A stretch of 64,000 bases of DNA from Marsupella aquatica (Eukaryota > Plantae > Marchantiophyta), in the NCBI GenBank assembly GCA_973895155.1, contig OZ316893.1, positions 558,860-622,859 of the forward strand, in the 5' to 3' direction. A program made the translations under genes and the position numbers. Shown here piece by piece: positions 26,333 through 39,100 of this stretch (position 1 is the first letter of the stretch; every line of letters starts with the position of its first letter). Below the pieces are notes generated by a model that did no database searches, was not told the DNA's origin, and was given only the letters and a program-made list of their open reading frames with translations.

Positions 26333-27761
26333 CGGAGAGTTAGACTTAGAATAGAACTAGGAGTAGCTAAAATAGGCTGTTAGGACAAGTGCCGGGCATA
26401 AGATAGCGGCGCTGACACATTAGCCAGCCTGTGTAGAATAGGTTAGACTAATAGGACAAGTCATAACCAGCTTAGCGAGGATATAAGTTAGCGTAGATTT
26501 GGGCATGAGGCCAGGCTGGTCCTCAACCCTTACTATTTAGTAGCCCCCCGGTAGAGGCACAGGGGGAGATTTTAGACTAAGAAGTTGGCCATTCGCGGTA
26601 CGCGTGGGGAGTCCCAAACTTGATGAAGTGCCGGAGTGCCAAGGGGAGGGTATATGACTAAGCTCATTGGGCGAGTGCGGAGCCGGGCTCCGTTGTAGTG
26701 TATACTCCTCGGCCTTGGGCCCGTTCATTCACGAGGTGTCGGGTCAACCAATCGTAAGTGTATGATCATAAATGAATGAAATCCTTTCCCCTCAATTCCT
26801 TCGTGTAAATCGAGATTTATGGTTGCGTATGAATGCATGTATGAGTCTCGTGTGCAAGTATCAAGGCCGGGCCAAACACGTTGTGCCGAGAGTGCACGGG
26901 GTGCAGGTTTCACTTACGGGGTAGCGAGCCAGGGTTGAGCACTTGTACTAATGGATCTGGATCGAAGGCGGTAACACAAAGGCTTAAAAGTCCATAAGCC
27001 AGGGTCGATCCCGTGTCGACTAAGGTACGTTCCGGCGGCGGAACACAAATCATACCTAAGAGGTGTCTGTATATAACAGTAGGCGCACTGAGCGCTAGTT
27101 TATGTGAGTTAGGTGCATTCTGTGCTTCCCTCCCTGCCCGAATCCTCATATTTATGAAGGATGTGCCTATCTAAGCCGAAGCCCGGGTTAAGGCCTAAGC
27201 TGACGACGTGACATGACTGCATTCACACCTCTAGTGGAGAGGGTGAGCGAAAAACGTTCTTTGCAATTGGCAATAGCTGCAGGGCCAATTTAGGTAAAAT
27301 ATTATCTATACTTGTTATTTGCTTCATCGTTGCTTATATGTAGTCTTTCTGTACACTGACAAAGGTCAGTTGTTATGTGACAGAAACCTGGTGATGGCAT
27401 GGGCGTAAGTGACATTCATGAAAAGAGCAAGGAGTTTCTTCAAGATTTTGAATCAGTCAATTGGGACAAGGAGGTTCTTGCTAATCAGGGGTTAGCAAAG
27501 TATCTTAGAGGAGATGCATCTGCTGTTTCAATTGCCAACAGCTTGGCTAATGATTCATTCCAGAATTGCAATGTTACCATCAAGATTGTTCAAGCTAAGG
27601 ACAAGGAGAAGGAGGCAGCAAGCGAGACAGAAGCCCAGTATGAGTTAGATTAGGGACAAAATAAAACAGCTGATCAAATATGGTAGTGTAGTTTTATCGA
27701 TAGTCTGAGATCAAGTATAGTCGTTTCCAAGATTGGATTGTACTTTCGAAGCTTTTGAAGC

Positions 27762-30700
27762 TGTGATGCCTAGCCAGGAATCATTAGGCCAGTTTAAATA
27801 GTAAAATCAGCAGTGTACCCTAGGAAACACCTTAGTATAGTAACAAAAACAGGGAAAATATAAACAATTAAGGGTGACTATGGAACCCGAGCCGAGGCCG
27901 AAAATAAGGACGCCGAGGGAGGGAACACGATTAGGGTTAGGGCGCGCTAAGTACCGGCGGCTATGGGTAACCAACGGGAAGGAATACCAGCCAGGGGGGG
28001 TAAGGACCGATCGCAAGGAATGGCGGCTCATTTGCAAGCACAAGCCAAGCAGACAACTACGGGAGGCCAACTACTGTCCGCTGCTCAGGCAAGCACTCGG
28101 GGTGGAAGCAGATATCGACAATCAACTCAAGAAGGGTATGAGCAACGTCAATCAAACTGTTCATTTTTGGGGATGCCTGTTAGAACGGGCAACTGAGTAC
28201 ATTGGGACCTACGAGGACAAAGAATCAGAGAGAGCGGCTCGAGAATGGCAGGAGCTCGCTCAGCTGTGGGAGCTACAGAAGTCTGCCTTCTTAGGAGGAG
28301 AACTCATTACGGCTGAATTCTTGTGGACGCCTATTGCCGACAAACTCGACGATCTTCTGTTTTGTGAGAACAGAATAGTCGGCATCCGGGAGGCCATCAA
28401 CCGCTGCAACGACATACACTGGGAGTTGAAGGGTAGCACGGAGGGGTGGACGAAGGCAACCGTGCTAGGAGAAACATCCACGGCAGCCGCTATGAGGAGG
28501 AAAGGGAACAACAACAAAGAAGCCACCCCTGCAAAAAGAATGAGGTTGGCGGCACCCAGGAAAGCAGCAGAGCAGGGAAGCAGGAGGCAGGCGGAAGCCA
28601 AAGAGGAGGAGGTCGACCCCATCAATGCCATTGCAACAAGAGATGACACCTGGAAAGGCTGGGCGGCGACCCTCCTCGAGGAGGTGCAATTACACTTTGC
28701 ACGAGAAGAGGATGCATGCTTTACGGCTATGCAGACTCGGAAATACCAAGGCTTCATGGCCGGATCCGGCTTGGAAGCCTTTGTAAAGTTACCATGGCTG
28801 AAGCCGGAGGTGCCGGATTCAGACTTACTAGAATTCGTGGGATCATGGGAGCCCAAGACCAAATCCACAAGGGTGTATGGGAAGGATTTCTATCTCACTC
28901 CCCGGGTGATTGCCAAAGTGTTTGGCTTGCCAATGGGCAATAAGACCAAAGTAGATACCAGGAAGACCTTGCCAGACAAGGAGTTTTGGTCGTTTCCAGG
29001 GCCATCAACAAAGAATGGCTTCTTCCAAAACACCTGCACAAACCCGCACATAGGAGAAATGATCGATTTCTTGCGGGTGACCATGCATTGCAACTTGCCG
29101 AGGGCAGAGATCGGCAAGGCACAGGTCTATCTGGCGGAGAGGCCAGACCCAAGCTGAGACTACAACGGGTACCTCCTCACCCAACTAAAGAAGATCTTGA
29201 AGGAGGAACAACTGGTGATCAGCATGGGAAGCGTGTCCCGGCTTGGTTATCATATGCCACTGTTGTGCCGGTATGCCCAAAGTCAGATATTCGCCCCGGT
29301 ACTGCCCTTGCAGGCAAGAGCACCAGAGGAGGTTCCGGAACCAAGGCCGACAACATAGAGACCGACCCAGCGCCGACAGTCCTACAATCGAGCAGGTGTT
29401 TAGGCCGAGGAAGGAGGACTTGCCGATGCAACAACCAGGTATGCAAAATCTGCTGAAATTGCTGGAGAAGGAAAGGAGAACGGCAACGGGACCAGTACAG
29501 AATACTGCTCCCAAAGTCGGCCTTAGCCAACTTACCAGGGAAAACCCCTTTACCGGGGTCAAGGAGAGAAGGAGGCCGGAACACGAGTCGGGAGTCCGAA
29601 TGTATGTAGGAGCTTCAAGTCCCGAAGCCGAGGAAAAGCAGCCCAAAGCTCCTGGTCGCGACAGGGAGAAGATGAGATCAACGTGGAAGCCGGAGGAACC
29701 AGGACCCGTGATCTGTGAGGCCGTGTTCATGGCAAGACCAGGACAGCAGCGGGGGGAGCCGGTAGTCCAAGCCGAGGAGGAGGCGGTAGAAGGCTACGAC
29801 AATGATGACTCCGGCTACGGGTTGGACCATCATGTTCCAGGAATAAGGACCCGTGGCAGGTTCATCCCCACTCTTCCAAGAGTAGTTCGAGGGGACCCGA
29901 CCCAGCAGAGCAGCCCCAAGTCTCCCCCACCAGATGTCGCTCCCCCAAGCTTTGACGGCATAAAACAGATGGCACAAGAGTTTCAAGAACGACTCAGGGA
30001 GGAAGAAGAGGCAGCCCTGGCTAGGGAGAAAGATTTACCAGGAGGAGAAGGGCCAGAGGACATCAGGCGGCTTGCAGAAAAACGAAGCAGCCCTCCAGCC
30101 ACAATAGAAGAAATCCGCAAGGCGGCTTGGGAACAAAGGCTGCGGTGGATGATGTTGATGACTTCTACTCACTCCACCTATGCTAAAGAACGAGCCATGG
30201 AGTACGGGAGATGTGTGGGGAACTTGCACTCAGCATCTTTGGGGAGGAGTTGGAGCAGAAACCTTTTTTCTAGAGGGAAATGTTGGAGAAGCGCCGATTA
30301 GAAGAAGCGATGGCTTTGGAGAGAAGCAAGAGGACGAGGTCATCCATCAGCTTAGGGCAAGGGAAGCCGAGGTAGAAGACCTGAAGGCGGCCAAGAAAGC
30401 CTAAGATGAGCTGTGGATTAAGTGGCATGAGCTCAACATCATACAGGGGCAATTGGATACCGCGCAGTCTGATAATCAGATTATCAAGGATAAACTGACT
30501 CGGACCCAAGGAGAGTTGGCCAATTTGATCAAGGAGAAGGAGAAGAGGAAGCGAGAGCTGAGAGACGCAGAGGAGGCCCACATAGCAACCAACAATCGGG
30601 CCATGGCGGAAACTCAGAGAAGGGAAAGGGCGCTGAAGGGGGAACTCAAGGATATCCGCGGAGCCCTTGAGCAGAAGGAGGCCGAGTTAGGGAAATCCTA

Positions 30701-32473
30701 TCAGGCAATTATCATGCTGCGGCAGGAGCTTGCATCCCTGACGGCCAACTTCAAGGCCGACCTGCGTGAGAAAGACGACCAGCTTGATCAGACTTATGCC
30801 AAGATGAATAAAATGGAGTCTGAGGTTGTTACAGAGCTCGACAAGGAGCTGAGAGCAACCCAGGAGGAGAGGGCTACCTTAAAGAAGGAATTGGAGGAAG
30901 CCCAGAAGGAGTGGGAGGAGGCGCGCAAGGACCTGGATGAATTGCAGGAGGAGTTGGAGGAAAGCACGCGGAAGATGGAGAACTTATAGCGGCGAGCCGA
31001 CAACCAAATGGAGCGGCTAAAGAAACAAGCCGCAGTATTTAAGTGCTTGGCTTCCTCAGGTCCAACTCCAATTGGGGCAACCAAGTTGCTAGAAGTAGTA
31101 CTGGCCGAAGGACAAGCCGAGACACTCGCACTGGTGCCGGAGGTAAGTGGCAAGGGGAAGGGGCCAGCTACCAAACCAAGGAAGAAGAAGAAGCGGAAAC
31201 CTTCTGGGTCAAGGAGTAATACGGCTCCTCAAGCCGTCGTGACCAAGGAGGTAAACCCAACACCAACCTCAGGTAGGGTTACGGCAGAGGATCCAACTGC
31301 CCTAGAAGGCGGGGATGGCAAAGCCCAGGCCAGGATACTCGGTGATGAAGCCAGGGTACCGGATCCACCACTAGAGCATGCCAGGGAGGCCGTAGCCGTA
31401 TCACAGGCCGTGGCCGATGCTGAGGCCGAAGCCAAGGGTGGACCCAGTCAGGCCGATGGAGAGTTGACTCGGTCCGGAGCAGGTAATCTTTCAGAGAACG
31501 GACCTACGGCAGTGGCTGCGGAGGAAGCGTTGGGGGCGTCCATTGAGGACCAGACACCGCTGCCATGACGGTGATGGAGGGCCGTTCCTTTTAAGGAGGG
31601 CGGACGTGGAGGGAGGAGGCGTGAGTGGGCAGGGCGGGCTCAGATCTCCAAGTTTAGAATTAGGATCAGGACCAAGGGGCGGCCCTGACACTTAGCTTAG
31701 TGGGATTGCAGATCCACTGGTAAGAGCAACACTTGTGCTCCTGCCTCGCTGTACATAGGTAGATTACAGTTAGGTAGATTAGGCTTACGCTGCAAGGAAT
31801 TAGGCGGGTCCACTGCCAGGATAAGTACCTGGGCAGCGGGGAGTTCAGGGCCTTCTTCCTTAGCAAGTTTTTAGTGCACCAGCAGGGCTGGGATCAAGTA
31901 GTTAAAGAAGCTCTCGGTTAGTTATAATGTGACCCTTGTGTATAGTCATGTTTCCTCATACCTAAGAGATGAATAGAGTTGGCCTTACGGCTTAGTTCGC
32001 AGATCTTGCATATGAGAAGTACTGTTTGTATGGCAAGTGCATGGTATAACTCAGTCAAAAGGAGTCATTTTGTTATTTGTGTGTCGCATTAACCTGTTTG
32101 AAGATTGCCCACATCAACCAAGAAGGGAGTAAGCAAGGTAGTAAGAGTTGGATGTGTCGAGCTGAGAGAGGTCTTAGCGGCTTACCCAAGCCAGTTGGGG
32201 ATCATTCCGGTGGCGGAATCCAAACATACCTAAAGGAAATCCGAGAGAGGAGGACAAGGGAAGGCCTAGAATAGGCTGGCTAGGTATCTCATGACCCGAT
32301 GAAGGATCTGTCCAGTATATGTGAGTAAAATGTTAATAGTAATAGTAGTAGAAGGAAGTTAGCAGCGTCCCATGCAGCTAAGCCGCGAAATTGGCCTCGC
32401 CAAGAGCAAAACCTGCGGGAATTGGCTTGTGCAGAGGGGTTCTTGGGTTTAGGGAGCCATGGGACGCACCACA
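27762..32473 (+). mobile_element. Family-A TG...CA element, complete copy A2 (4712 bp)
   Basis: Perfect 5-bp TSD GAAGC (27757-61 and 32474-78). Termini TGTGATGC...GCACCACA. No internal direct repeats and no gag/pol motifs seen. Confidence 0.92.
27880..31568 (+). pseudogene. ~1230-aa ORF of element A2, disrupted by stops and frameshifts
   Basis: Protein fragments align with A1 throughout. Lesions (e.g. 29155, 30402, 30987) are at different sites from those in A1. Confidence 0.75.
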
Positions 32474-35400
32474 GAAGCTATAATAGGCCATCCATAGTCG
32501 CAGATCCCCTGCTAAGTTTTCAGTAGCAAGTTTTCAGGGTTGATCATTCACGATCCCCTTTCAGTAAAGTCTTTTCACGCAACTCTTTTTTCAAGAAACT
32601 CGTTTCGCATTCAATAAAGTGTATTTTCACCTCAATAACTGAAGTGTATTTCACAAAAAGAATTGTGTCGTGGCTGTTTAGCCTATAGGAATATCCAAAA
32701 TGGGTGGACTATACAAATTCTATTAAATGAGCACCAAATCTTCTTGTGTCAGGGGCCTTGCCAGGACCGTGAATTATGGCCCCATGTTGTGTCAGGACCC
32801 AATGTTATGGCACTCTGAATGTGTCAGGGAACGTGTCAGGGCCGGATATCACGGAAATAATGCAGATGCCCTAATCACTGTATCCACCGGTAACCAATAG
32901 AGTCGACCTAGATTACGATCCCTGACAATATGGGGGAGAAAACAAGGAGAAAGCCCAAGGAAGACCAAAGAGAAAAAAAGCCAGAGAGTTTCACACAATG
33001 GCAAAGGAATTAAAGCCCTACTCAAACATGAACTAAAACTCTGCAATGGCGAACTAAAGCACCTGGTAAAGCTCAGTAATAAACGCATTGGAAGGTCACA
33101 AAGAGGAATTTGTCTAATAGCTCTCAAATCAACAGCCCAGGGGGGGACTGAGGGAGAGACAAAGGGGACTTACAAGACACTGACTCATACGTTGTTCTTT
33201 TTCTTTGGTCTTCAACAGAGTACCATAGTAAAAACTAGGGTGACACCATGTGGCTAGGTTCAAACCCTAGGTCCCTTTGATGTGCTTTGAATCAGAGTGT
33301 TGGCAAGGGTACCCTCACATCTCGAGCACTCATCTCCTGCACGTGGGAAGAATTTTTTTTAAGTAAAATTGCCACTACCACTCCATTGGAGAGATTACTG
33401 AAGGTGAAACTTGTTTGGTAGTTGGAGTTCAGGACCAGGCAATAAGCACTCACCTGAAAATTTTATAATTAAAACTAGCCTAAGTAGCACTACAAATCCA
33501 CCATGGGCCATGTTTGGGTTGTTGCCATGCCCCAGCCAAGGCAGCATGGCTCACGGAGGAGGCATGTTGGTTGCTCATTAACTGGGGATTTGTTTTACCT
33601 GCTTGCTTTGCAGGTCTTTGGGGCTCTACTCCCTGGTGTGATCGTTTCTTCAGAGCATGCGTGGTCTTTTGTGTAGAATGGACCCTTTAAGCCTCAGTTC
33701 CTGCCCTCCCTACCTCCTTAGACAGTGGGGGTCTGTTGCACTACACAGGCCTTGCTTGTCTGCACAACAGTTCCACGTTTACCATGCAAAAAACTGGTAT
33801 TGAACTAGTGGTATTACAACACACTTACGATGAGCTAGAATGTTGATCATAATTGCATGTAATACATTGAAAATGAGAAGAAGAAAACTTGGCTTGGATG
33901 TACTGGCAAGTTGGATGTGAAGCCTGCCTGGACTGGCAAAGCTATGATGAACTTTCACAGAATATCTGAAAAGACTCAGATAACACCTTTTACATTTTCC
34001 ACTGAATTGTGACCTGTAGATGGTCTCTCGACCATTTGGAACCTGTTTCACTTAAGTTACCCAATTGTAAGTTGCTGTTCATGCCCAAACTACTCAGGGC
34101 ATTCATTACAAAAGTGGTGTGCCCTTCACAAAAGTTTAGGGTAGTCTTGGTAATTTGGGCTTCAGTTTCCTAAAAATGAAGTAATAAATGTGTTTATTTG
34201 CTCTTTCCACATAATTAATGTTAAATCTTGAAAATATAATGATATAAAGCCTGGATGGACACAGGGGATTGCTCTCCAGCCGCCTGGCAGTCAGGATAGA
34301 TTTCCAAAGCTGGGATGGATTGACACATAATGTGGTTAATGGCTACTCATCCCTAATCCAGTGCCCACTAATCCCATAATGGTTGTCATCCCTAAAGCAC
34401 ATGGCTACCTATCCCTAAACTACTCATGGCCTAAGTGAAAAGTTTTTCCCAAAACTGATAATTTATGGCTCATGCGTGGAGTACTTCACAAATATGAGGT
34501 GTCCCTTGGCAGTCTTTTTATAGTATTTGACCATTTCCATACTCATTAAAATGGAGCAAAGGATATCCAAACAATCTCCAAATTTGTGAGGTTTAGGGTT
34601 TAGGATTGGAAATCAAAAACCATGCTGGCAAAAATTGAAATTAAGCAAGACCTCCAAAAATTATCTACATAAATGCACAAATCTACCAAAAACCAGCAAT
34701 TAAAGATGACTAAATAAATATACAAGTTTACTAGAAATGAGCAGTTAAGTTGTCCAAATAAGTACAGAAGAACATCAAAAACAACAGAAGTTTTCAGAAA
34801 ACCAACAACTAAACTTGTCTGAATAAATTCACAAGTTTACCAAAAATCATGTCCAAAAAAATGCACATGTGCACTAAAACTATTTAATCAAGCCACGTAG
34901 GGAACCTCTTTGAGACGTCCTTCTCAGAAGTGCATATCCTTCTAAAAGCAGGGTGCTCTATTTCAGTTTGTAATTATTTTTAAGTGTGAAACATCCTTCC
35001 ATCCAGACAAATTTTCTTTGGTTCCAAAAGCATAAGTCACTTTTCTTTACAAGTTATATCGATTTGGGCACTTTTCCTTTCCAGTGTAAACTGGCTGATA
35101 GCTTTGGGCCATGGGGATGGGCAGGATAATTCCCTTTAAGTATTATCTATACTTCCTATGTGATCGGTGGAAGGGTTTTTGGACCTTTAGGGTTTAGGGT
35201 GCACTAATTTAAAGATGCAATAATTACTAATTTAAGTGACCACAGCGAGATCTATGAAAAACCGTGCATGCCACAGTGAGGTTTGTTGTCTCTCCGTAAT
35301 TTTGGTAATTGAATTCAGAGTTAATAAAATGAAAAAGAGACTAACAAGTACTGTGAACTTCAACCTAAATAAGCGTAGATAATGAGGATAACAAAAATTA

Positions 35401-36100
35401 GTGTAACAGCTAATATTATTTAAATCACACCTGTCACTATAAAAGTCTCATTCCATGTCTAACTACATAAAAGGTGGAACACTCATGTTTAGTGGAATAC
35501 TTACCAAAAAAAGATTTTGTAATCAACATCTTCTGTGGAGCACCCATTTCTGAACTTCTACTCCTTAGAATGAGAGCATGAGAGCTAAGGGTTACCCGTA
35601 GCCCTTTATAGGGGCAGGTGTGGTTTAATGCTCGTGAAAAACAGTCACAAATAACTTCTCTTTCCTCAAGTGCCAACATGCCACAAAACAATCTTACTAA
35701 TCACAAATGGTCAACAAACCCAATAGTGGGAGTTATTCTAAGTGGTCCACACTTTGACCCAAACAATAATTGAAAAAGACGGTGCATTTTGATTCATAGG
35801 ACACAGCTCGCGATGGGCGACCTCATAAGACTATTCCAATTCCACTGTTGTTCCTGTAGAACATTTTCTCTCAAGGACCAAAAATTCTTCAATAAAGATA
35901 CTTATCTTCACGTCAAGCATATCTCACGAATCAGGCTCCAAGTTTCTTTGTGTGATGGTCTTGCTGAATTCGCATAGAACAGATGAAATGGGCTCGCTGT
36001 CAAACGTCCCTCTTATTCACTTCATCACAAAACTCATTATCCCACCATTACCCATACGGTGGGTACTTCAACAAGGAAACAGGCATTAAATTGAAACAGC

Positions 36101-39100
36101 CTATGATGCTTCTAAGGCCGCAGCACCAGATATAATTTCGATCAGCTCTGTGGTGATCTGTGCTTGTCGTGATCTGCAAATGCAGGATAGCAGAAATTTC
36201 ATCAATACACCTCTACTGCCTTCACCTGGCAAGATTAATCAAAGCAAATAACTGCTGACGGCAGGAAAGGGTAATGACGGCAATCGAGATCTCAATTAAC
36301 ATTACTTCACTACGAACCTGTTGTAGCTGAGGGTGAGGCGATCCAACATGTCACTGGCATTCTTGGCTGAGTTATCCATGGCGGACATACGTGCTCCCAT
36401 TTCACTGCAAGCATTCTCTAACATTGCATTGTACAGAAGCTGCAACAAGTAACAACCATGGACGGTCACCATAGCATTAATCCACCGAATTCCCCGAGGG
36501 AAATTTTGGACCACGGAAAAAAAAGGAAACGAGCAAAGGTAATACCACTGTAAGTATACCAGAATGGAAGTATGCTCGAAGCTACTGCCACCAACAGGGG
36601 TGCCAAGCCGCGGCCCAAAATTATCTTGATTTAAAAATACACACTGCAAATGCTACTCGGAAGGCAAACTTCCAACTAGAAGCCTACATACCGAGGAAAA
36701 CTGGAACTCGCTCAAATTCTGTAACACTTCCGATTGTGTTTCAGCACCTTCTACCTCGTAGACATCGAGCTCACTTTGACCTTCACTTCCCGTCTTTGCA
36801 AGAATCTACATCATACAAATGTAACTGGTGAGCAGCAGTTTGTCACGATCAATTGCTTCGCACTGATCAGGCTCCACAGAAAATGGCATTGATGACGAAG
36901 TATAAAGTCATTCTAAAGCGGCCAGCGTAATAAAGTTGATGTCAGAAGTTCTACAAAAATTTTGCCAGGAAAGAACGAATGATCAAATCGGTTCATGGTC
37001 TTTACCTCTGGCGAAAGGATGGTCGCAACAGTAGGAAGGAAGGATACAACAGACTGGAATCTGTTGTACACTAGATAAATGGCGTCGAATTCCACTTTCT
37101 TCAAAATTTCATCTGCAATCATGGACACCTAGAGACAAAGAAGGCAACAAAATTGTTTCATTCCAAAAGCACCCATTGGTTACTTTTGAGTTGAGTTTAT
37201 GTATCGTAGGAAACATTCAGAGAGATCTAATCAGTAGACCTGTTAAGCGTGCATTACCAATTCCGAGCAGAATCTTCACAAAAAGGCTCTGTTCCATCTG
37301 TAGACAACGAAGATGCCCGAACCTCAGGGGAATGCTTAGCCACAAAGGAGAACATGGCAGACAACCTTAAATCAGGAATGTTCACGATAACCACTGACCT
37401 GTGTAAAGTTGATGGGTAACTTCTGTGTTTCGGTGATAAACATTTTGATATGCTTCTTCGAGTCACGCTGCAGTTGTGCCTTGCCCTTCTCTCCCATAAC
37501 AATGTAGTCAGCCTTGTACTCAGAGCCTGATTGAGATCACACCATTAGTACATGTAAGTAATCGCATATATATGAAACTAGGCGAAAAATGAGTAATTAG
37601 GGCTTTCCTTTTGGCACTCAAACCCCTCCAGGTGAAAACATGAAAGCGCAGCTCTGGATTCCCACTTCAGCTAAATTTGTTAAACAAGTTGGACAAAAAC
37701 GGGGGAAACCCCTAGTTAGAATATACCAGCAACAAGTTTTCGTCTTAGCCTCGTTCTCGAATGACTTAAGCTACCTCGGATCCAAGTAATTTTCGTACAT
37801 AAGCACACTTTGGATAGAGAACATGACTTCCCGTGAAGAGCATATGAAGCCAATCTATCCTCCTAGGGAAAGAAACGACAGTAGTAAGAGAATGGGTTAT
37901 GTAGAGTTCCATTGAAGAGCTATTACTGACCAGATGCTTGTGATAACCTCATGAGAGCTTTGCTAAACTTGACAGAAGTGGAGTTGATTCCACCGCACAA
38001 TCCTTTGTCGGACGATATGGTAAGGATGATCTTCTTCTTCACATCGACAGCTGCAAAAGGCGCTGTTTTACATTAATCCAAGATAACATAGAAAAGTCTT
38101 TCCACCACTTTAGAAATTGAGGAGTTACAACTATGGCAATCAGCCTTGAGTGAAGGATCGAGCCTTAGTTACCAGGCGAATCGCCTAGAAGAGCAGTGAA
38201 TGGTTGCCAAAGTCCTCGGGAGTCCTCAGTTTTACCCTGCACCCCACGGAGTTTTGATGCAGCAACCATCTTCATGGCCTGGGTGATTTTCTGGATACTC
38301 TTCACACTCTTCATCCGATTTCTTACTGAAGTAGCCAATCATACGGAGCAGAAATTTAGTTGATCCGTGCGCTTATGGAAAGGAAACCTATTTGTCCTAG
38401 TAAGAAAGACTGGTCTTAGGTCTTCTTTGCGCTCTGGAGCCACCATTATCATCTCAATTGTGCAACACCCGTGGAACTGGGGCAGTGCTCAAGAACAAAA
38501 AACAAAGTAATATTTCCATTGACTAATTTCTCGAGTGCCCAACGAGTCATCTGAGGTAACGACGTTGGAGTCAACATTGTCCAAAACTTTCTTCACCACG
38601 TGCTGAGGCTCGACATCTTGAGGCCGCCATGCTAAACAGTTCAGCTAGAACCAAAATAACAACATTTACAATCTCGCACAGAAGTCCCGTGGCTAGGTCT
38701 CGGCCTGACCAACATGAACAGTGGATCAAATAAAGACCTATCAGTTAACGATATTCTTCATCGTAATTTTCATTAACAATCGTTCTGCAAGGATCCAATG
38801 CCTGACTGCAGATTCATGTTATCCAACTTTAACTCATTGATGGTCCATTAAAAGCGCATGGACACCATTTACGTGGGTCCCGGTTGGTTTCCGATCCACT
38901 CCTAGATTGCAACCCTTGCGCTGAAGCATTCATGCACCTTAACGACAAATCCACATTTCAACTCTGAGGTACTTATCACGGTGGTCTATCTTTTCCCTTA
39001 CAAAATCCAGGAAGTACTAACCAATTTGGTTGGAGGCCGATCGTGCTCCAAAAGGAGCGATTTCTCTGCACAAGATCAGCAAGTCCAGTGAAAAAACTAA

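Larger units (their letters stand above)
23245..27213 (+). mobile_element. Family-B TG...CA element (3969 bp, giant solo-LTR-like) with two ORFs
   Basis: Starts TGTGATGCCGCC and ends GACGACGTGACA (imperfect short inverted termini). Flanked by CGACT (23240-44) and TGACT (27214-18), a 5-bp TSD with one CpG transition. It interrupts the recombinase reading frame. Confidence 0.85.
21559..27653 (+). pseudogene. Crypton-type (DUF3504-like) tyrosine recombinase gene with introns, interrupted by the family-B element
   Basis: KLDGKQYPSSSLMGLMNAFNR (Crypton N-terminal signature), LGIRG (catalytic R), WYNKVHKVSK, FSNRSGRATLITRM...GVPDEVGMLISGHHTISGYLRY (H/R-x-x-R...H...Y), and C-terminal SFQNCNVTI in the exon at 27384-27653. 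Intron ~22294-22391. The frame QVPIDST|AFTPL is restored when 23245-27218 is removed. Stops at 21931 and 23159. Confidence 0.8.

Noticed and set aside
4228-32473. A1 and A2 as the two LTRs of one 28-kb retrotransposon
   Set aside because: A2 has its own TSD on both sides, the copies are clearly diverged, and the interval holds host genes and no gag-pol.
13484-35200. Interstitial telomere or chromosome-fusion scar
   Set aside because: Only isolated 1-2.5-unit TTTAGGG copies (13484, 15262, 34592, 35187), consistent with telo-boxes.
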